Shown one piece after another: positions 10,112-20,788 of a stretch of DNA of 64,000 bases; position 1 is the stretch's first letter, and the number at the start of each line of letters is the position of its first letter. The position numbers were made by a program, and so were the translations under genes. The notes under the pieces are model-generated. The model searched no databases and had not been told where the DNA came from. It saw nothing but the letters and a program-made list of their open reading frames with translations. The DNA is taken from IMG/VR virus record IMGVR_UViG_3300035181_002074, positions 32,001 to 96,000 of that record, one strand, 5' to 3'. This DNA is from a virus.

Positions 10112-12586
10112 ATGTCAGTAAATAAAATGCACAAAATGGGTGGAATGTTAAAATTAGCGTCGTTCGCATCCGACCCCGCTAGTCCAGAAAACGGAGTGAT
10201 GTACTACAATAGTACGTCTAACTTAGTACGTCAATATATTAACGGTGGATGGGCAAATATTGCTTCTGGTTCAGTTTCCTTAACTGGTCAATCATTAACA
10301 AATGGTGCAATCATTATCGGTAACGGCAGTGGACAATCAGCTGCAGTAACTCCATCAGGTGATGCAACGATCAGTAACACTGGCGTGATTACAATTGGTT
10401 CCAATAAAGTAACCAACGCAATGATGGCTCAGATGGCTGCTAAGACTTTCAAGGGTAATAACTCTGGGTCTACTGCAAATGCTTCTGACTTAACAGCTGC
10501 ACAAGTTACTGCTGAATTAAGCATTATGTCTGGTGATGCTGGATCAGGTGGAACTAAAGGTTTGGTTCCAGCACAAGTTTCCGGTGATGCTACTAAATTC
10601 TTACGCGGTGATGGTACTTTCGCATCTGCTGCAGATACTACTAAGCTTCCATTAGCTGGTGGAACTATGTCTGGCAATATTGCCATGGGCACCAACAAAG
10701 TTACTGGGTTAGCTAATGGTACCGCAGCTTCTCAAGATGCGGCTACTGTTTCTCAAATGGAAACTGCCGATGGCTTCAAAGTTTCTAAGTCTGGTGATAC
10801 TATGTCTGGTAACTTAGCTATGGGCAGTAACAAAGTTACTGGATTAGCTGCAGCTACCAATTCTGGTGATGCTGTAGAATACAGTCAGTTTTCAACTGCT
10901 ACTGGTAATAAATTGCCTCTAGCTGGTGGAACTATGTCTGGTACTATCAACATGGGTAGTAATAAGATTACTTCTTTGACTGATGGTACTTCTGCACAAG
11001 ACGCAGTAAGCAAAACTCAAATGGAAACTGCCGATGGTTTCCGCGTGGCAAAAGCCGGTGACACAATGTCTGGTAACCTTGCTATGGGTACCAATAAAGT
11101 TACTGGTCTCGGTGCTGGTACTGCAGCAACTGATGCTGTAAATAAATCTCAATTAGATGGAATAAGCGCAGGTCTCGTATGGTTAAGTCCAGTTCAAGAT
11201 CCTGACTTAGTGGACGACAGTTTATCTGCTCCTCCAGTTGCTCCAGTTGCTAACACTACTTACTTGGTTAGCGATACAGCTACAGGATTATGGGCTGGCT
11301 TAGAAGGTCGCCTTGTTTATACCGCTGACGGTGGTACTTCATGGGTAGATGTATTAGGTCGTGCGGTTATTGTCGGCGATCGTTTTGGTATCACTATGGA
11401 GCATGGTTCGGGCTCTGAAGGTGGTAACATGGTGGGTAATCATAATAAGATTGCTCAAATTACTACTGCAACTCCGGGCTCTTATGCTTACAGCTACACT
11501 ACTGCTACTACTAATCAAGCGGTATTCGTTAGTGCTACAGGATCTCAACACACTGGTCATCAGTATACTTTCAACGGAACTTCTTGGATCGAGTTCGGTG
11601 GTACAGCAGCAGTTTCTGCAGGTATTGGTTTATCTTACTCAGGTAACATATTAAATGTTAATCTCGGTGCAGGTATTTCTCAATTACCTTCTGATGAAGT
11701 TGGTGTTGACGTACATACGTCTGGCGGATTATTCACTACCGTAGATAATAGTACTTCTAGTACTGTAACTGCCGCACAATTAGCTATTAAACTTGATGGA
11801 TCTACTCTAGGTAAATCATCTTCTGGTATTAAGGTTGCTACTGGTGGAATTTCAAACAACGAAATTGACGCTGCTGCTGCAATTGCTTACAGTAAATTAA
11901 GTTTAGGTACTAGTATCGTGAATGCTGATATCGCTACTGCTGCAAACATTGCTCGCAGTAAATTAGCTTCTGGAACCAACTACGCTTGGGCTACTAATAA
12001 CGGTTCCGGTGTATTGTCTGATGTTGCTGTAACTGCTTCAAGAGCTGTTGCAACTGATTCAAACGGTGCTCCAGTTGCTTCTGCTACTACTGCTACTGAA
12101 CTAGGTTATGTTTCTGGCGTAACTTCTTCCATCCAAACTCAAATCGGTGGAAAAATTGGTAACGTTGTTGAAGATACTACTCCACAGCTTGGTGGCAATT
12201 TAGATCTAAATGGGCATGCAATTGCTTCCCCATTCAAAGTTGGTACTGATACTAACTTCGTTTCTGAATCATACATCCATACCGCTACTTTGACTGCTTC
12301 TCAAACTAATACAGTGCTAAGTAATTTAACCTTTGCTTTTGCAACTACTATGGCTATCGACGTACAATACACTATTAAAGAAGCTACTACGAACAACGTT
12401 CGCGTAGGACATTTACGTGTAGTATGTAACGGTACCGATATTGGTATCAGTGATGATTACGCTGATTCAGCTGACGTTGGCGTGAGCTGGGATGCAGCTA
12501 TCAACGGAGCGGACGTAGAAATCAACTATACTACGACTGCTAACGCAAAAACCTTTAGAGCTTCCGTTAAGTCTTTCCAAGCGTAA
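10112..12586 (+). CDS. virion fibre protein with GxTMSGNxAMGxNKVTGL repeats
   Basis: Repetitive trimeric-fibre-like sequence; AAGGAG RBS. Confidence 0.8.
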   Translation: MSVNKMHKMGGMLKLASFASDPASPENGVMYYNSTSNLVRQYINGGWANIASGSVSLTGQSLTNGAIIIGNGSGQSAAVTPSGDATISNTGVITIGSNKVTNAMMAQMAAKTFKGNNSGSTANASDLTAAQVTAELSIMSGDAGSGGTKGLVPAQVSGDATKFLRGDGTFASAADTTKLPLAGGTMSGNIAMGTNKVTGLANGTAASQDAATVSQMETADGFKVSKSGDTMSGNLAMGSNKVTGLAAATNSGDAVEYSQFSTATGNKLPLAGGTMSGTINMGSNKITSLTDGTSAQDAVSKTQMETADGFRVAKAGDTMSGNLAMGTNKVTGLGAGTAATDAVNKSQLDGISAGLVWLSPVQDPDLVDDSLSAPPVAPVANTTYLVSDTATGLWAGLEGRLVYTADGGTSWVDVLGRAVIVGDRFGITMEHGSGSEGGNMVGNHNKIAQITTATPGSYAYSYTTATTNQAVFVSATGSQHTGHQYTFNGTSWIEFGGTAAVSAGIGLSYSGNILNVNLGAGISQLPSDEVGVDVHTSGGLFTTVDNSTSSTVTAAQLAIKLDGSTLGKSSSGIKVATGGISNNEIDAAAAIAYSKLSLGTSIVNADIATAANIARSKLASGTNYAWATNNGSGVLSDVAVTASRAVATDSNGAPVASATTATELGYVSGVTSSIQTQIGGKIGNVVEDTTPQLGGNLDLNGHAIASPFKVGTDTNFVSESYIHTATLTASQTNTVLSNLTFAFATTMAIDVQYTIKEATTNNVRVGHLRVVCNGTDIGISDDYADSADVGVSWDAAINGADVEINYTTTANAKTFRASVKSFQA

Positions 12587-14185
12587 CCGCCTAATATTCT
12601 TTACATCGGGGCTATCTTCGGGTAGCCCCACTAATTTCAACAACCAACTAACGAAAGTGACTTAGTAATGGCAAACAATCTATTTAACATCAACAAAGGT
12701 TTATCCCTTAAACCTCAAGCAACTGCACCGGCATCCCCTTCAGCTGGTGACACGTATTACGACTCAACATCCAACACATTAAAAACATGGAACGGTACCG
12801 CTTGGGTAGGCGGCGGCGGTGGTGGGCTTGCTAATGTAGTTGACGATACTTCTCCTCAACTTGGCGGTGAATTAGACGTTAATGGTAATAATATTTTACT
12901 TGGCGTGTCTTCAACAATTAAATCTGGAGCTAGTGATTCAAATATTTCATTCCCATCTTTGGGTTCTGTTAGACTAGAGGCTTCTGTAGCTGGTGACTCC
13001 CTTGTGCTAGGTTCTAACTTTGATGTTCAGATGGTTTCTGGTAATATCACTATGAGCAGCGGTGGAATCGTACAAATTGGTACTGGTTCAAATAAATTTT
13101 CATCCGATTCATCCAAAGCTGTAATTACAAATGGACTTACAAACAAAGTTGAGGTTAATGGTTCAGATATTATTTTAGACGCTGGTGCAGGTAACATTAC
13201 TGCTGCTAGTAATATTGCCATGAGTAGCAATAAGATTACCGGTTTAGCAGCTGGTGGAGTTGCTGGCGATGCTGTAGAATATAATCAATTTGATACAGGG
13301 CTCGGAAACAAGTTAAGTTTATCTGGCGGAACTATGTCTGGCTCTATCAATATGGGCAGCTTAACTATTCAGCAGATGGCTGATGGTGTTGGCTCTACTG
13401 ATGCTGCCACGGTTGGTCAGATGAATACCGCTCTTGGTAATAAAGTTTCCATATCTGGTGACACAATGTCGGGCAACTTAGCTATGGGTAGCAACAAAGT
13501 TACTGGCTTAGCTAATGGTACCTCAGCAAATGACGCTGTAAATAAATCACAATTAGATGGAATCGCTGTAGGGCTTGTATGGTTAAGTCCGGTTAATGAT
13601 CCAGACTTAGTTGATGATAGTTTATCTACCCCTCCGGGTTCTCCAGTAGCTAATACCACATATTTAATCGGCGCTTCGCCTACCGGTTTATGGGCTGGTT
13701 TAGCCGGACATATTGTTTATACCGCTGATGCGGGCGCTTCATGGGTAGACGTTTTAGGTAGAGCAGTGATCGTAGGAGATCGTTTCGGTATCACTATGGA
13801 ACACGGATCTGGTTCTGAAGGTGGCAATATGGCTACCAATCATAACAAGATTGCTCAAATTACTGTTGCTACACCGGGTTCTTATGCATATACATTTACA
13901 ACTCCAGCAACTAATCAAGCTGTTTTCGTAAATGCTAACATCTCGCAACATGCTGGACATCAGTACAGTTACGATGGTACATCATGGATTGAGTTCGGTG
14001 GAGCTGCTGCTGTATCAGCAGGCATTGGATTATCATATTCTGGGAATGTCTTAAATGTGAATCTCGGTGCTGGTATTGCTCAATTACCTTCTGATGAAGT
14101 TGGTGTTGACGTACATACGTCAGGTGGATTATTTACCACTATAGACAACAGTACTTCTAGTACGGCTACCGCTGCACAGTTAGCA
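11057..14185 (+). repeat. direct duplication, about 11057-11785 and about 13457-14185, shared by adjacent fibre genes
   Basis: Colinear at a constant 2400-bp offset (e.g. TGGTGTTGACGTACATACGTC at 11701 and 14101). Confidence 0.85.
12590..12629 (+). promoter_or_regulatory. putative late promoter CCTAATATT followed by a C(UUCG)G hairpin
   Basis: GGGGCTATC-TTCG-GGTAGCCCC at 12608-12629; no U-tract. Confidence 0.65.
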
Positions 14186-14758
14186 ATTTTATTAGATGGA
14201 ACTACTCTAACTAAATCCGCTTCTGGCTTGAGGGTGACTGGTGCAACAGCTGCTGAAATCGGTTATCTTTCTGGAGTAACTTCTTCCATTCAAACGCAAT
14301 TTACCGGTAAACTTTCTACAACCGCTAATGCCGTAGCTAATACTAACTTAGCCCAAATGGCTGCTAATACCTTCAAAGGTAATAATACTGGGTCTACAGC
14401 TAATGCTGCTGACTTAACGGTTGCTCAAGGTAAAGCAATGTTTGGTGTGACTGGTGAAACTGATGCAGGTAACTCTGGTGCAACTAAGACTTTGGACTTC
14501 GTCTTAACCCCAGCTAATAAAGTTACCATGACTGCTTCATGTACTTTTACTTACACTAATATGGTAGCCGGTGGTGCTTACGCGATTCGTATTGTTCAAG
14601 GTGGATCAGGTTCATACACTGTTACTTGGCCTGCTGGAACTAAATGGGCTGGTGGTACTCCTCCAACCTTGACTACTACTGTTGGTGGTATTGATTTAAT
14701 TTCAGTTTACTATGATGGAACTAACTACTACTCTAGTGCTGCTATGGCGTTTGCATAA
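12668..14758 (+). CDS. virion fibre protein, paralogue of 10112..12586
   Basis: Shared ~240-aa block; C-terminal QGGSGSYTVTWP..KW.GG..PTLT motif typical of phage fibres. Confidence 0.8.
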   Translation: MANNLFNINKGLSLKPQATAPASPSAGDTYYDSTSNTLKTWNGTAWVGGGGGGLANVVDDTSPQLGGELDVNGNNILLGVSSTIKSGASDSNISFPSLGSVRLEASVAGDSLVLGSNFDVQMVSGNITMSSGGIVQIGTGSNKFSSDSSKAVITNGLTNKVEVNGSDIILDAGAGNITAASNIAMSSNKITGLAAGGVAGDAVEYNQFDTGLGNKLSLSGGTMSGSINMGSLTIQQMADGVGSTDAATVGQMNTALGNKVSISGDTMSGNLAMGSNKVTGLANGTSANDAVNKSQLDGIAVGLVWLSPVNDPDLVDDSLSTPPGSPVANTTYLIGASPTGLWAGLAGHIVYTADAGASWVDVLGRAVIVGDRFGITMEHGSGSEGGNMATNHNKIAQITVATPGSYAYTFTTPATNQAVFVNANISQHAGHQYSYDGTSWIEFGGAAAVSAGIGLSYSGNVLNVNLGAGIAQLPSDEVGVDVHTSGGLFTTIDNSTSSTATAAQLAILLDGTTLTKSASGLRVTGATAAEIGYLSGVTSSIQTQFTGKLSTTANAVANTNLAQMAANTFKGNNTGSTANAADLTVAQGKAMFGVTGETDAGNSGATKTLDFVLTPANKVTMTASCTFTYTNMVAGGAYAIRIVQGGSGSYTVTWPAGTKWAGGTPPTLTTTVGGIDLISVYYDGTNYYSSAAMAFA

Positions 14759-14767
14759 AGGATTACC

Positions 14768-17700
14768 ATGCATAAGATTATAATGTTTTTGACGAGATCA
14801 GTGATATCCCTGTTAAATCGGGGCTGGATCGGCGTAACTACGGGACTATGGAGTAATTCTGCTAACTGGTCTCCTGCGGTAGTGCCAAATGGCGTGACTG
14901 ATTCAGCAAATATTAATAATACTAGCGGTTCCAATAGTTCAGTGAATTTAGATATGAACGCCACAGTTAATCGTGTGCAATTTAAATCTACTGGCACACA
15001 ATGGAACATCTCTGGCGGAGCTTTTACTTTAACGTTTGCTGGAACGAATCCAAGGATCGAAGTAGGAGCAGTGGGAGGGCAAATCACTAACGATATTTCG
15101 CTTAGTGCTAATCTAACTCTTGATGTGCCGAGTACTTCAACTAATGGTCTTATTTTACGTAAAATCACGGCAGCAAGTAAAACTATCACTCAGTCAAATA
15201 ACGGCGAAGTAACTTATTTAATTAATAACGCTGCTACTATAACAGGAGGCACATATTACCTCGATAACGGTAAGTTATCTTTGGGTGTTGCGAATCCTTT
15301 AGGTAACGCTGGGGGCATGACTATTGTCTGGAGTAATGCAAATCCGACAATCATTAATAATCAAATTACTACACAAACTTTTCTGCATCCAATTACGATT
15401 AATAATACTACTAGTAATGCAATGACCATGAAAACAACCGGTAGCTCGACGACCTTTACATTTTCCGGCGCAATGAGTGGCAACCTTACAGGGCCATTAA
15501 CCTCAGATAATGGTGGTAATTTGGGTGTTATTGCATTAAGTGGCGATCTTAGTGGGGTAACTTGGTCTGGATCTGGAGCGTTATATCATTATGGTACCTC
15601 ATCTACCGGAGTATGCAGTGGATGTGCTGCATCTACATTGAAGATTACTGGTACCGCCGTAACTACGTTATCCGCAACAATGCCAATCATACTAGGGAAT
15701 ACTGTAAATGGATATCGCAATTCAGGATTAACTGGGAATCAATTCTGGTGGGACTCATCGGGTACTTTTCCTAATCCAATTTCTGTACGTGGATCAACTA
15801 CGACAGCCCAAACTGGATATACTAGCCTTAATGTCAATAGTGGCGCTACCGTTAGCGGAAATATTGTTTTAAATACAAATGCTAGCACAAGAGGCGATGT
15901 ATTTAGATTGAATGGAACTAGTACTTATACAGGTATTATATCAAAATCAGCTGGTTCAGATACCGACATGACTATCGCTATATTTGGTAATATTACTTTT
16001 ACTAATGCCAATACGGCAACTAATAATGTAACACTAGAGAATCTTTTAAATGTAACTGGATCAACTCAAAGTACTCTTACTACTATTGCATCTAATGCTA
16101 CTTTAGCTGGTAATGGTTCTGTCAAAGCGGTTACGAATTCTGCTGGATTTATTAAGGCGTATGACAACAATTCACCGGCTACTACTGATATCTTAACTAT
16201 TAATGGTAATTTAACGGAATCTGGCGCATGTGTTCACACTTTTCAAGTAGGTGCTGCAAATGCATCAAGTAAATTGCAAGTTAATGGTAATGTGACGCTG
16301 GCTGGCACAGTGAGTCAAACAACTAGAACTGGCGGAACTTTTGAAATATTAAATTATACTGGAACTCGTACAAATTCTTGGACCACCCCAGTGCCCGGAG
16401 GCTCAATTACCAATGATGATGGCAATAAAAAAGTTATCCTCACTGTGACCGCTACCGGCACCGTTAGCTGGATCGGTTTGACAGCCGGTACATGGCAAAC
16501 TACGACAAATTGGAATCCTGCATGGATACCAAATGATTCGGGTATAATCGTAAACATTAATACCGATCAAGGGGCTGGTGCAAAAACTATTGCTATGGGT
16601 ACAACAGTTCCAGCTACCATTAACCAATTGAACTTTATTAATGCTACGTCTGACTGGACCATTACAGGCACATCTCCAGCTGTTTTAACTTTTGACGGAA
16701 CCAGCCCTGTCTTGAATGCTACTCATTTAGCGGCTATTTCGGCGCCAATAGCGTTAGGAGCTTCTGATCTTGCAATTACCGGTAATGCTAATATTACATT
16801 AGGAGTTTTTAATGCAAACGGTAAAAATATTACCAATACTAACACGGCTGACATAATCCTTTCGGGTACCATGTCCAATGCAACAGGCGTATTATATCAT
16901 CAAGGCAAGGGACTCAGAACAAGTGTTGTGAATGCAACACCGGATATTAATTGGACTAATACTGTTTCTGGTACATATATCAGTGCCGTGGGTACAATAG
17001 CAAAAAATATTATTTTTAATGATACTGGCGCCAATACCTTTGAATTGGGATCATCAACCCAATCTGGTGGGGTATGGACTGGTAGTAATTTTTCAGGTAC
17101 TATTACGCATGATTTAATTGTACGTAACAGTTGTAATATTTTTAACACATGGACTGGATTTACGTTTTCTGGTGGTGCGAGGCTTATTATTGCTGCCCCC
17201 AGCTTAATCGGCGTATTAAATCCACCTAGTGGTGGATTTCCATCTGCAGCAACTATTAGTGTCGGAGATGGAGCAACAACCTCAACGAGCTTCCAGACTT
17301 TTCTTACACCGTTAGCCAGTCCTATTGTTTGCAGACCATCTACGACCACAGCAGGAGTTATAACTATTTATGGCTCTGGAGCGTCGCAAACTTTTTCTAA
17401 TGGAATTACTTTAAATTCCGATTCAAATTGTGTTACAGGATCAATAGTGGATATAGTACCTACTGCTAATATTGCTGCTACTATTAGTGGAGTGATTTCA
17501 AATGCAAGTAATGCTGCAAATGTAACCTTACGCTTGACTAGCTCTGGCGCGGGGTCGATCACCCTAAGTAATACTAATACCTACACTAGTCCGACTAGTA
17601 TTACTGCTACAGCATCTGTCGTAAATGTTACTGGTTCGATTGGTTCAACCTCATTAATTACTTTATCTGGCACAACCGTGACTTTAAAGGGTTCTGGTAC

Positions 17701-18052
17701 AGTCGGCCCAGTAACGACTGCTGGCGCATCACCTAAAATTGAAGCTCGTAGTATTACTGCACCAAGTTCTTCACAAGTTCTGACCATTAACGGCGCATTA
17801 AATGAAACAGTAGCAACAGTACATACTTTCGAAACTGGCGCTGCTAACGCATCTAGTAAGATTGTGTTGTCTCCGAATTTCAATGCTACGTTATCGGGAA
17901 CCGTTACTACTAACCCAGCGACTCCAGCTGTCGGTACTTATACTCTATTGAGCGTATCTGGTACTGGTACTATCACTGGTACTTGGACTACGGCAATCGT
18001 TGGTGGAAGTATTTCAGTAGTTGGCCAGAACGTAATTTTAACTAAGGTTTAA
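14768..18052 (+). CDS. large adhesin-like virion protein made of two autotransporter-passenger-like units
   Basis: Duplicated W.G.T.G.W....NW.P start and HTF..GAANASSK end; GAGSITLSNTNTYTSPT resembles the passenger-associated repeat. Confidence 0.65.
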   Translation: MHKIIMFLTRSVISLLNRGWIGVTTGLWSNSANWSPAVVPNGVTDSANINNTSGSNSSVNLDMNATVNRVQFKSTGTQWNISGGAFTLTFAGTNPRIEVGAVGGQITNDISLSANLTLDVPSTSTNGLILRKITAASKTITQSNNGEVTYLINNAATITGGTYYLDNGKLSLGVANPLGNAGGMTIVWSNANPTIINNQITTQTFLHPITINNTTSNAMTMKTTGSSTTFTFSGAMSGNLTGPLTSDNGGNLGVIALSGDLSGVTWSGSGALYHYGTSSTGVCSGCAASTLKITGTAVTTLSATMPIILGNTVNGYRNSGLTGNQFWWDSSGTFPNPISVRGSTTTAQTGYTSLNVNSGATVSGNIVLNTNASTRGDVFRLNGTSTYTGIISKSAGSDTDMTIAIFGNITFTNANTATNNVTLENLLNVTGSTQSTLTTIASNATLAGNGSVKAVTNSAGFIKAYDNNSPATTDILTINGNLTESGACVHTFQVGAANASSKLQVNGNVTLAGTVSQTTRTGGTFEILNYTGTRTNSWTTPVPGGSITNDDGNKKVILTVTATGTVSWIGLTAGTWQTTTNWNPAWIPNDSGIIVNINTDQGAGAKTIAMGTTVPATINQLNFINATSDWTITGTSPAVLTFDGTSPVLNATHLAAISAPIALGASDLAITGNANITLGVFNANGKNITNTNTADIILSGTMSNATGVLYHQGKGLRTSVVNATPDINWTNTVSGTYISAVGTIAKNIIFNDTGANTFELGSSTQSGGVWTGSNFSGTITHDLIVRNSCNIFNTWTGFTFSGGARLIIAAPSLIGVLNPPSGGFPSAATISVGDGATTSTSFQTFLTPLASPIVCRPSTTTAGVITIYGSGASQTFSNGITLNSDSNCVTGSIVDIVPTANIAATISGVISNASNAANVTLRLTSSGAGSITLSNTNTYTSPTSITATASVVNVTGSIGSTSLITLSGTTVTLKGSGTVGPVTTAGASPKIEARSITAPSSSQVLTINGALNETVATVHTFETGAANASSKIVLSPNFNATLSGTVTTNPATPAVGTYTLLSVSGTGTITGTWTTAIVGGSISVVGQNVILTKV

Positions 18053-18053
18053 T

Positions 18054-18293
18054 ATGAGCCTAATAGAAAAGATTAAAATAGCGTTCACTACAATCAAAGC
18101 AGTTGGCAATGGTATCGCTGAAGGTAAAGATATTATTGCGCCGAAGTCTCAAGCAGAGAAAAGAATGGATATTTGCAAACAGTGCCCTTTTTTAGGAGAT
18201 TTTGCAGGTGAGCCTCAATGTCAAAGATGTGGATGCTTGATGAATTTCAAAACCAAAGTTGCTGAAGCGACTTGCCCTGAAGGTAAATGGTAG
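18054..18293 (+). CDS. small Cys-rich conserved phage protein (DUF6171-like)
   Basis: R..IC..CP...C..CGC.M..K......CP.GKW. Confidence 0.7.
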   Translation: MSLIEKIKIAFTTIKAVGNGIAEGKDIIAPKSQAEKRMDICKQCPFLGDFAGEPQCQRCGCLMNFKTKVAEATCPEGKW

Positions 18294-18295
18294 GC

Positions 18296-18733
18296 TTAAT
18301 TACCCCAAAATAATTCACTCAAATAAGAGTGCTTAAAATTAAGGTAAACTTCATATGAAAAAGCGTACATGTACATTAAGCTAATCGGCTCGCCAAATGA
18401 ATCAAAGTTATCATTGTGTGGACGATTCAAGACGCAATGGCCTAGTTCGTGGTGAAACAACATTTGTCTTTCTGTCTCATTTAAGAACCCCCAAAATCTA
18501 TTACTAATCACAATCTTAGGCGTCATGTCTTCTGCTCGACGGCATTCACCCATTCTAGTCGTGCCTAAGTCACTTGCTGTTTCGACAATTAAATCATCCA
18601 CCTTGATGGATTTACCAACCGTTGCCGCATCCCGTTCAAAGGTTGTCACGTATTGTTGATATTGCGGTTCAATTATTAATTGGTGTTCATGGCTACAAGC
18701 CGATAATGCTAGAAGTAAAATAAGGTATTTCAT
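18296..18733 (-). CDS. lipoprotein zinc metallopeptidase
   Basis: Lipobox LSAC; HELGHCVLNRPH plus a downstream SLM Met-turn-like motif. Confidence 0.75.
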   Translation of the reverse strand: MKYLILLLALSACSHEHQLIIEPQYQQYVTTFERDAATVGKSIKVDDLIVETASDLGTTRMGECRRAEDMTPKIVISNRFWGFLNETERQMLFHHELGHCVLNRPHNDNFDSFGEPISLMYMYAFSYEVYLNFKHSYLSELFWGN

Positions 18734-19038
18734 CTGCCGTAAGATCCTTTGCCGAATCGTTTCTCGTATATCTCTTTAAGCCAAGCCGCTTCCGATACCT
18801 TCAATATAGTTTCATATATGCCTGTGCTTGGTTTATTAAACCAAGCTCTTGCGCTAGATAGAGTCGGATGTTTATCTCTCATGTCTTGTTCTATGATATA
18901 TGGGATTCCATCTGTCGCTTGGAAATCTACCTCGCTATACATTGTGGTAATATACTTCCATTCCACTGCCGCATGAGCGACTTCGAAAGTGATAGTTAAA
19001 ACTATGATTGACATCAAAAAAATACAGAAATTTTTCAT
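18730..19038 (-). CDS. exported hypothetical protein
   Basis: Signal peptide ending AHA; ATGA overlap with the upstream gene. Confidence 0.55.
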   Translation of the reverse strand: MKNFCIFLMSIIVLTITFEVAHAAVEWKYITTMYSEVDFQATDGIPYIIEQDMRDKHPTLSSARAWFNKPSTGIYETILKVSEAAWLKEIYEKRFGKGSYGR

Positions 19039-19667
19039 AAATCGATTACCGTAACTGGACGACATGGTGAATACTGCTCGTCACATATAGCTAAGTTATA
19101 AAATGTCATACCATGCTTAGTTAATTGAGTTCCACCCTCGTGATGCAGGTGTCCGCCCATTACATGCTTTGGTTGTTTATCAATACAAGCCTTCAATAGT
19201 TCTTTACATCCTTGATTGCCATTACCGTAAATCGTAGTATCTAAAATACCGTAAGGTTGTCCGTGCGTAATTAACACATCTACATTTTCTGGAATATTAT
19301 CAAACTTCACCCCAATATGGCGACCTCTATCGCGCATCCATGCCCAATTTCCATAGCGCGGAACCCAAGGTGACCCGTAAAACTTGAAGCCATCGATAAT
19401 AATTTCTTCATCTAATAGAACTGTAATACCGTGCTCCTTAAATAATTCTCTTATTATATTGGTTTGTTTTTCAGCATAAACATCATGATTGCCAAAAACC
19501 ACGATCTTATGTTTATGCGGGTAGGCACCAAATTGCTTTGCAAAGGTATAGTGATCGGCATAGTTACCGGAATTACTGAAATCCCCCGCATGTATGAGCA
19601 CGTCTCCGTCTGGGATATCAACCTTGGTTAATTGGTTATGCGTATCGGATAAACAAATTAGTTTCAT
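19035..19667 (-). CDS. metallophosphoesterase (MPPED/239FB-like)
   Basis: SDTH, HAGD, GNHD, LITHG, GHLH motifs. Confidence 0.9.
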   Translation of the reverse strand: MKLICLSDTHNQLTKVDIPDGDVLIHAGDFSNSGNYADHYTFAKQFGAYPHKHKIVVFGNHDVYAEKQTNIIRELFKEHGITVLLDEEIIIDGFKFYGSPWVPRYGNWAWMRDRGRHIGVKFDNIPENVDVLITHGQPYGILDTTIYGNGNQGCKELLKACIDKQPKHVMGGHLHHEGGTQLTKHGMTFYNLAICDEQYSPCRPVTVIDL

Positions 19668-20099
19668 TTCTGCTCTTTCTCTGTTTGCTCAGCAATAGAT
19701 GACTGGTAAATACAAGAAGATATTTCAGTGACCACTGGGATACCCAGCAATAATAGAAACCAAGGGGACTTGGCGGCGCATAAATATATGGTTAAGATTA
19801 TTAACCCAAACCCTAAAATGAGGCTGCCCCAAAATATTAACACTTCTTTTAACGCTTCTTTATTCATTTGCTTCTCCATAAATAAACATTCAAAATAATA
19901 CTAATCACGAAAAGAAACAGTATTGCATCTAATGCTAATGGATATGCCATAGCAAAAAAGGCCGGTGCCCATAAAATAAATTCAATTACATCCATATTAC
20001 ATTCTTCCTTCTAAGTATCCATTAATAATTTGATAAATAGGCATAACCAGAACGATCACAATTAGCACCGATACAGCTGCAACTGCTATCCAGATTGCC

Positions 20100-20489
20100 T
20101 TATTCATCTTTTCTCCTGTATTGTGACACCAATTCTTCAAAATTAATGCAATGATCTACGTGTGGATACTTTGTTAAGACTTCTTTATAAGCTTGCTTGT
20201 AACAAAATACTTGCCATTTACCAAAAAGATAACTCATGCCAGTATACCTGAAAAATGGTATGAATACTTTATAGTCAAGTTTATGTAACCATTTTGGGAA
20301 CCTGTTGTAGATGTGTTGTGGGTAAAAAATGGAATGTAAAGATAATGCTGTACCAAGGTAGGCATACCACCGGGTTGAATAATATTTTTCCTTGATCTGC
20401 CCCATGATCATACCACGTCTAGCCCACTTATGGAAAATATCGATACTATCACTGATGGCTTTATAATCGGGTTGATAATCTGGTCTCAT
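20100..20489 (-). CDS. hypothetical protein
   Basis: Coupled ORF within the operon. Confidence 0.55.
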   Translation of the reverse strand: MRPDYQPDYKAISDSIDIFHKWARRGMIMGQIKEKYYSTRWYAYLGTALSLHSIFYPQHIYNRFPKWLHKLDYKVFIPFFRYTGMSYLFGKWQVFCYKQAYKEVLTKYPHVDHCINFEELVSQYRRKDE

Positions 20490-20788
20490 TTCCGTACCCT
20501 CGCTTCGTAAACACTTGTTACAGTGCGGAATGTAATTACAATATCAATGTGATCGTTTTTCACGCCCAAGATTTGCTGTACAGGTGAAGTTCTGATCGTA
20601 TTAAATCCACGACCGCATAATATGTACGGCTTCACGTTTCCTTCTTTATCTTCAAACTCCATCACTTCAAAGCTACCTTCAATGGTATCACCCAGACTAA
20701 TAAAAGAATCGGCATGCATTTGAATTTTAGTCAATGTGCCATACTTTTCGGATAATATCTTTTTAAGGAGTTCAGTAGCAGCGTTCAT
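20486..20788 (-). CDS. hypothetical protein
   Basis: Coupled ORF; RTS.V...F.T.TS.Y pattern seen in phage proteins. Confidence 0.6.
   Translation of the reverse strand: MNAATELLKKILSEKYGTLTKIQMHADSFISLGDTIEGSFEVMEFEDKEGNVKPYILCGRGFNTIRTSPVQQILGVKNDHIDIVITFRTVTSVYEARVRK

Noticed and set aside
7676-17883. Pro-rich and other minus-strand ORFs within the fibre genes
   Set aside because: Reverse-frame artefacts of Gly/Thr/Ala-rich codons.
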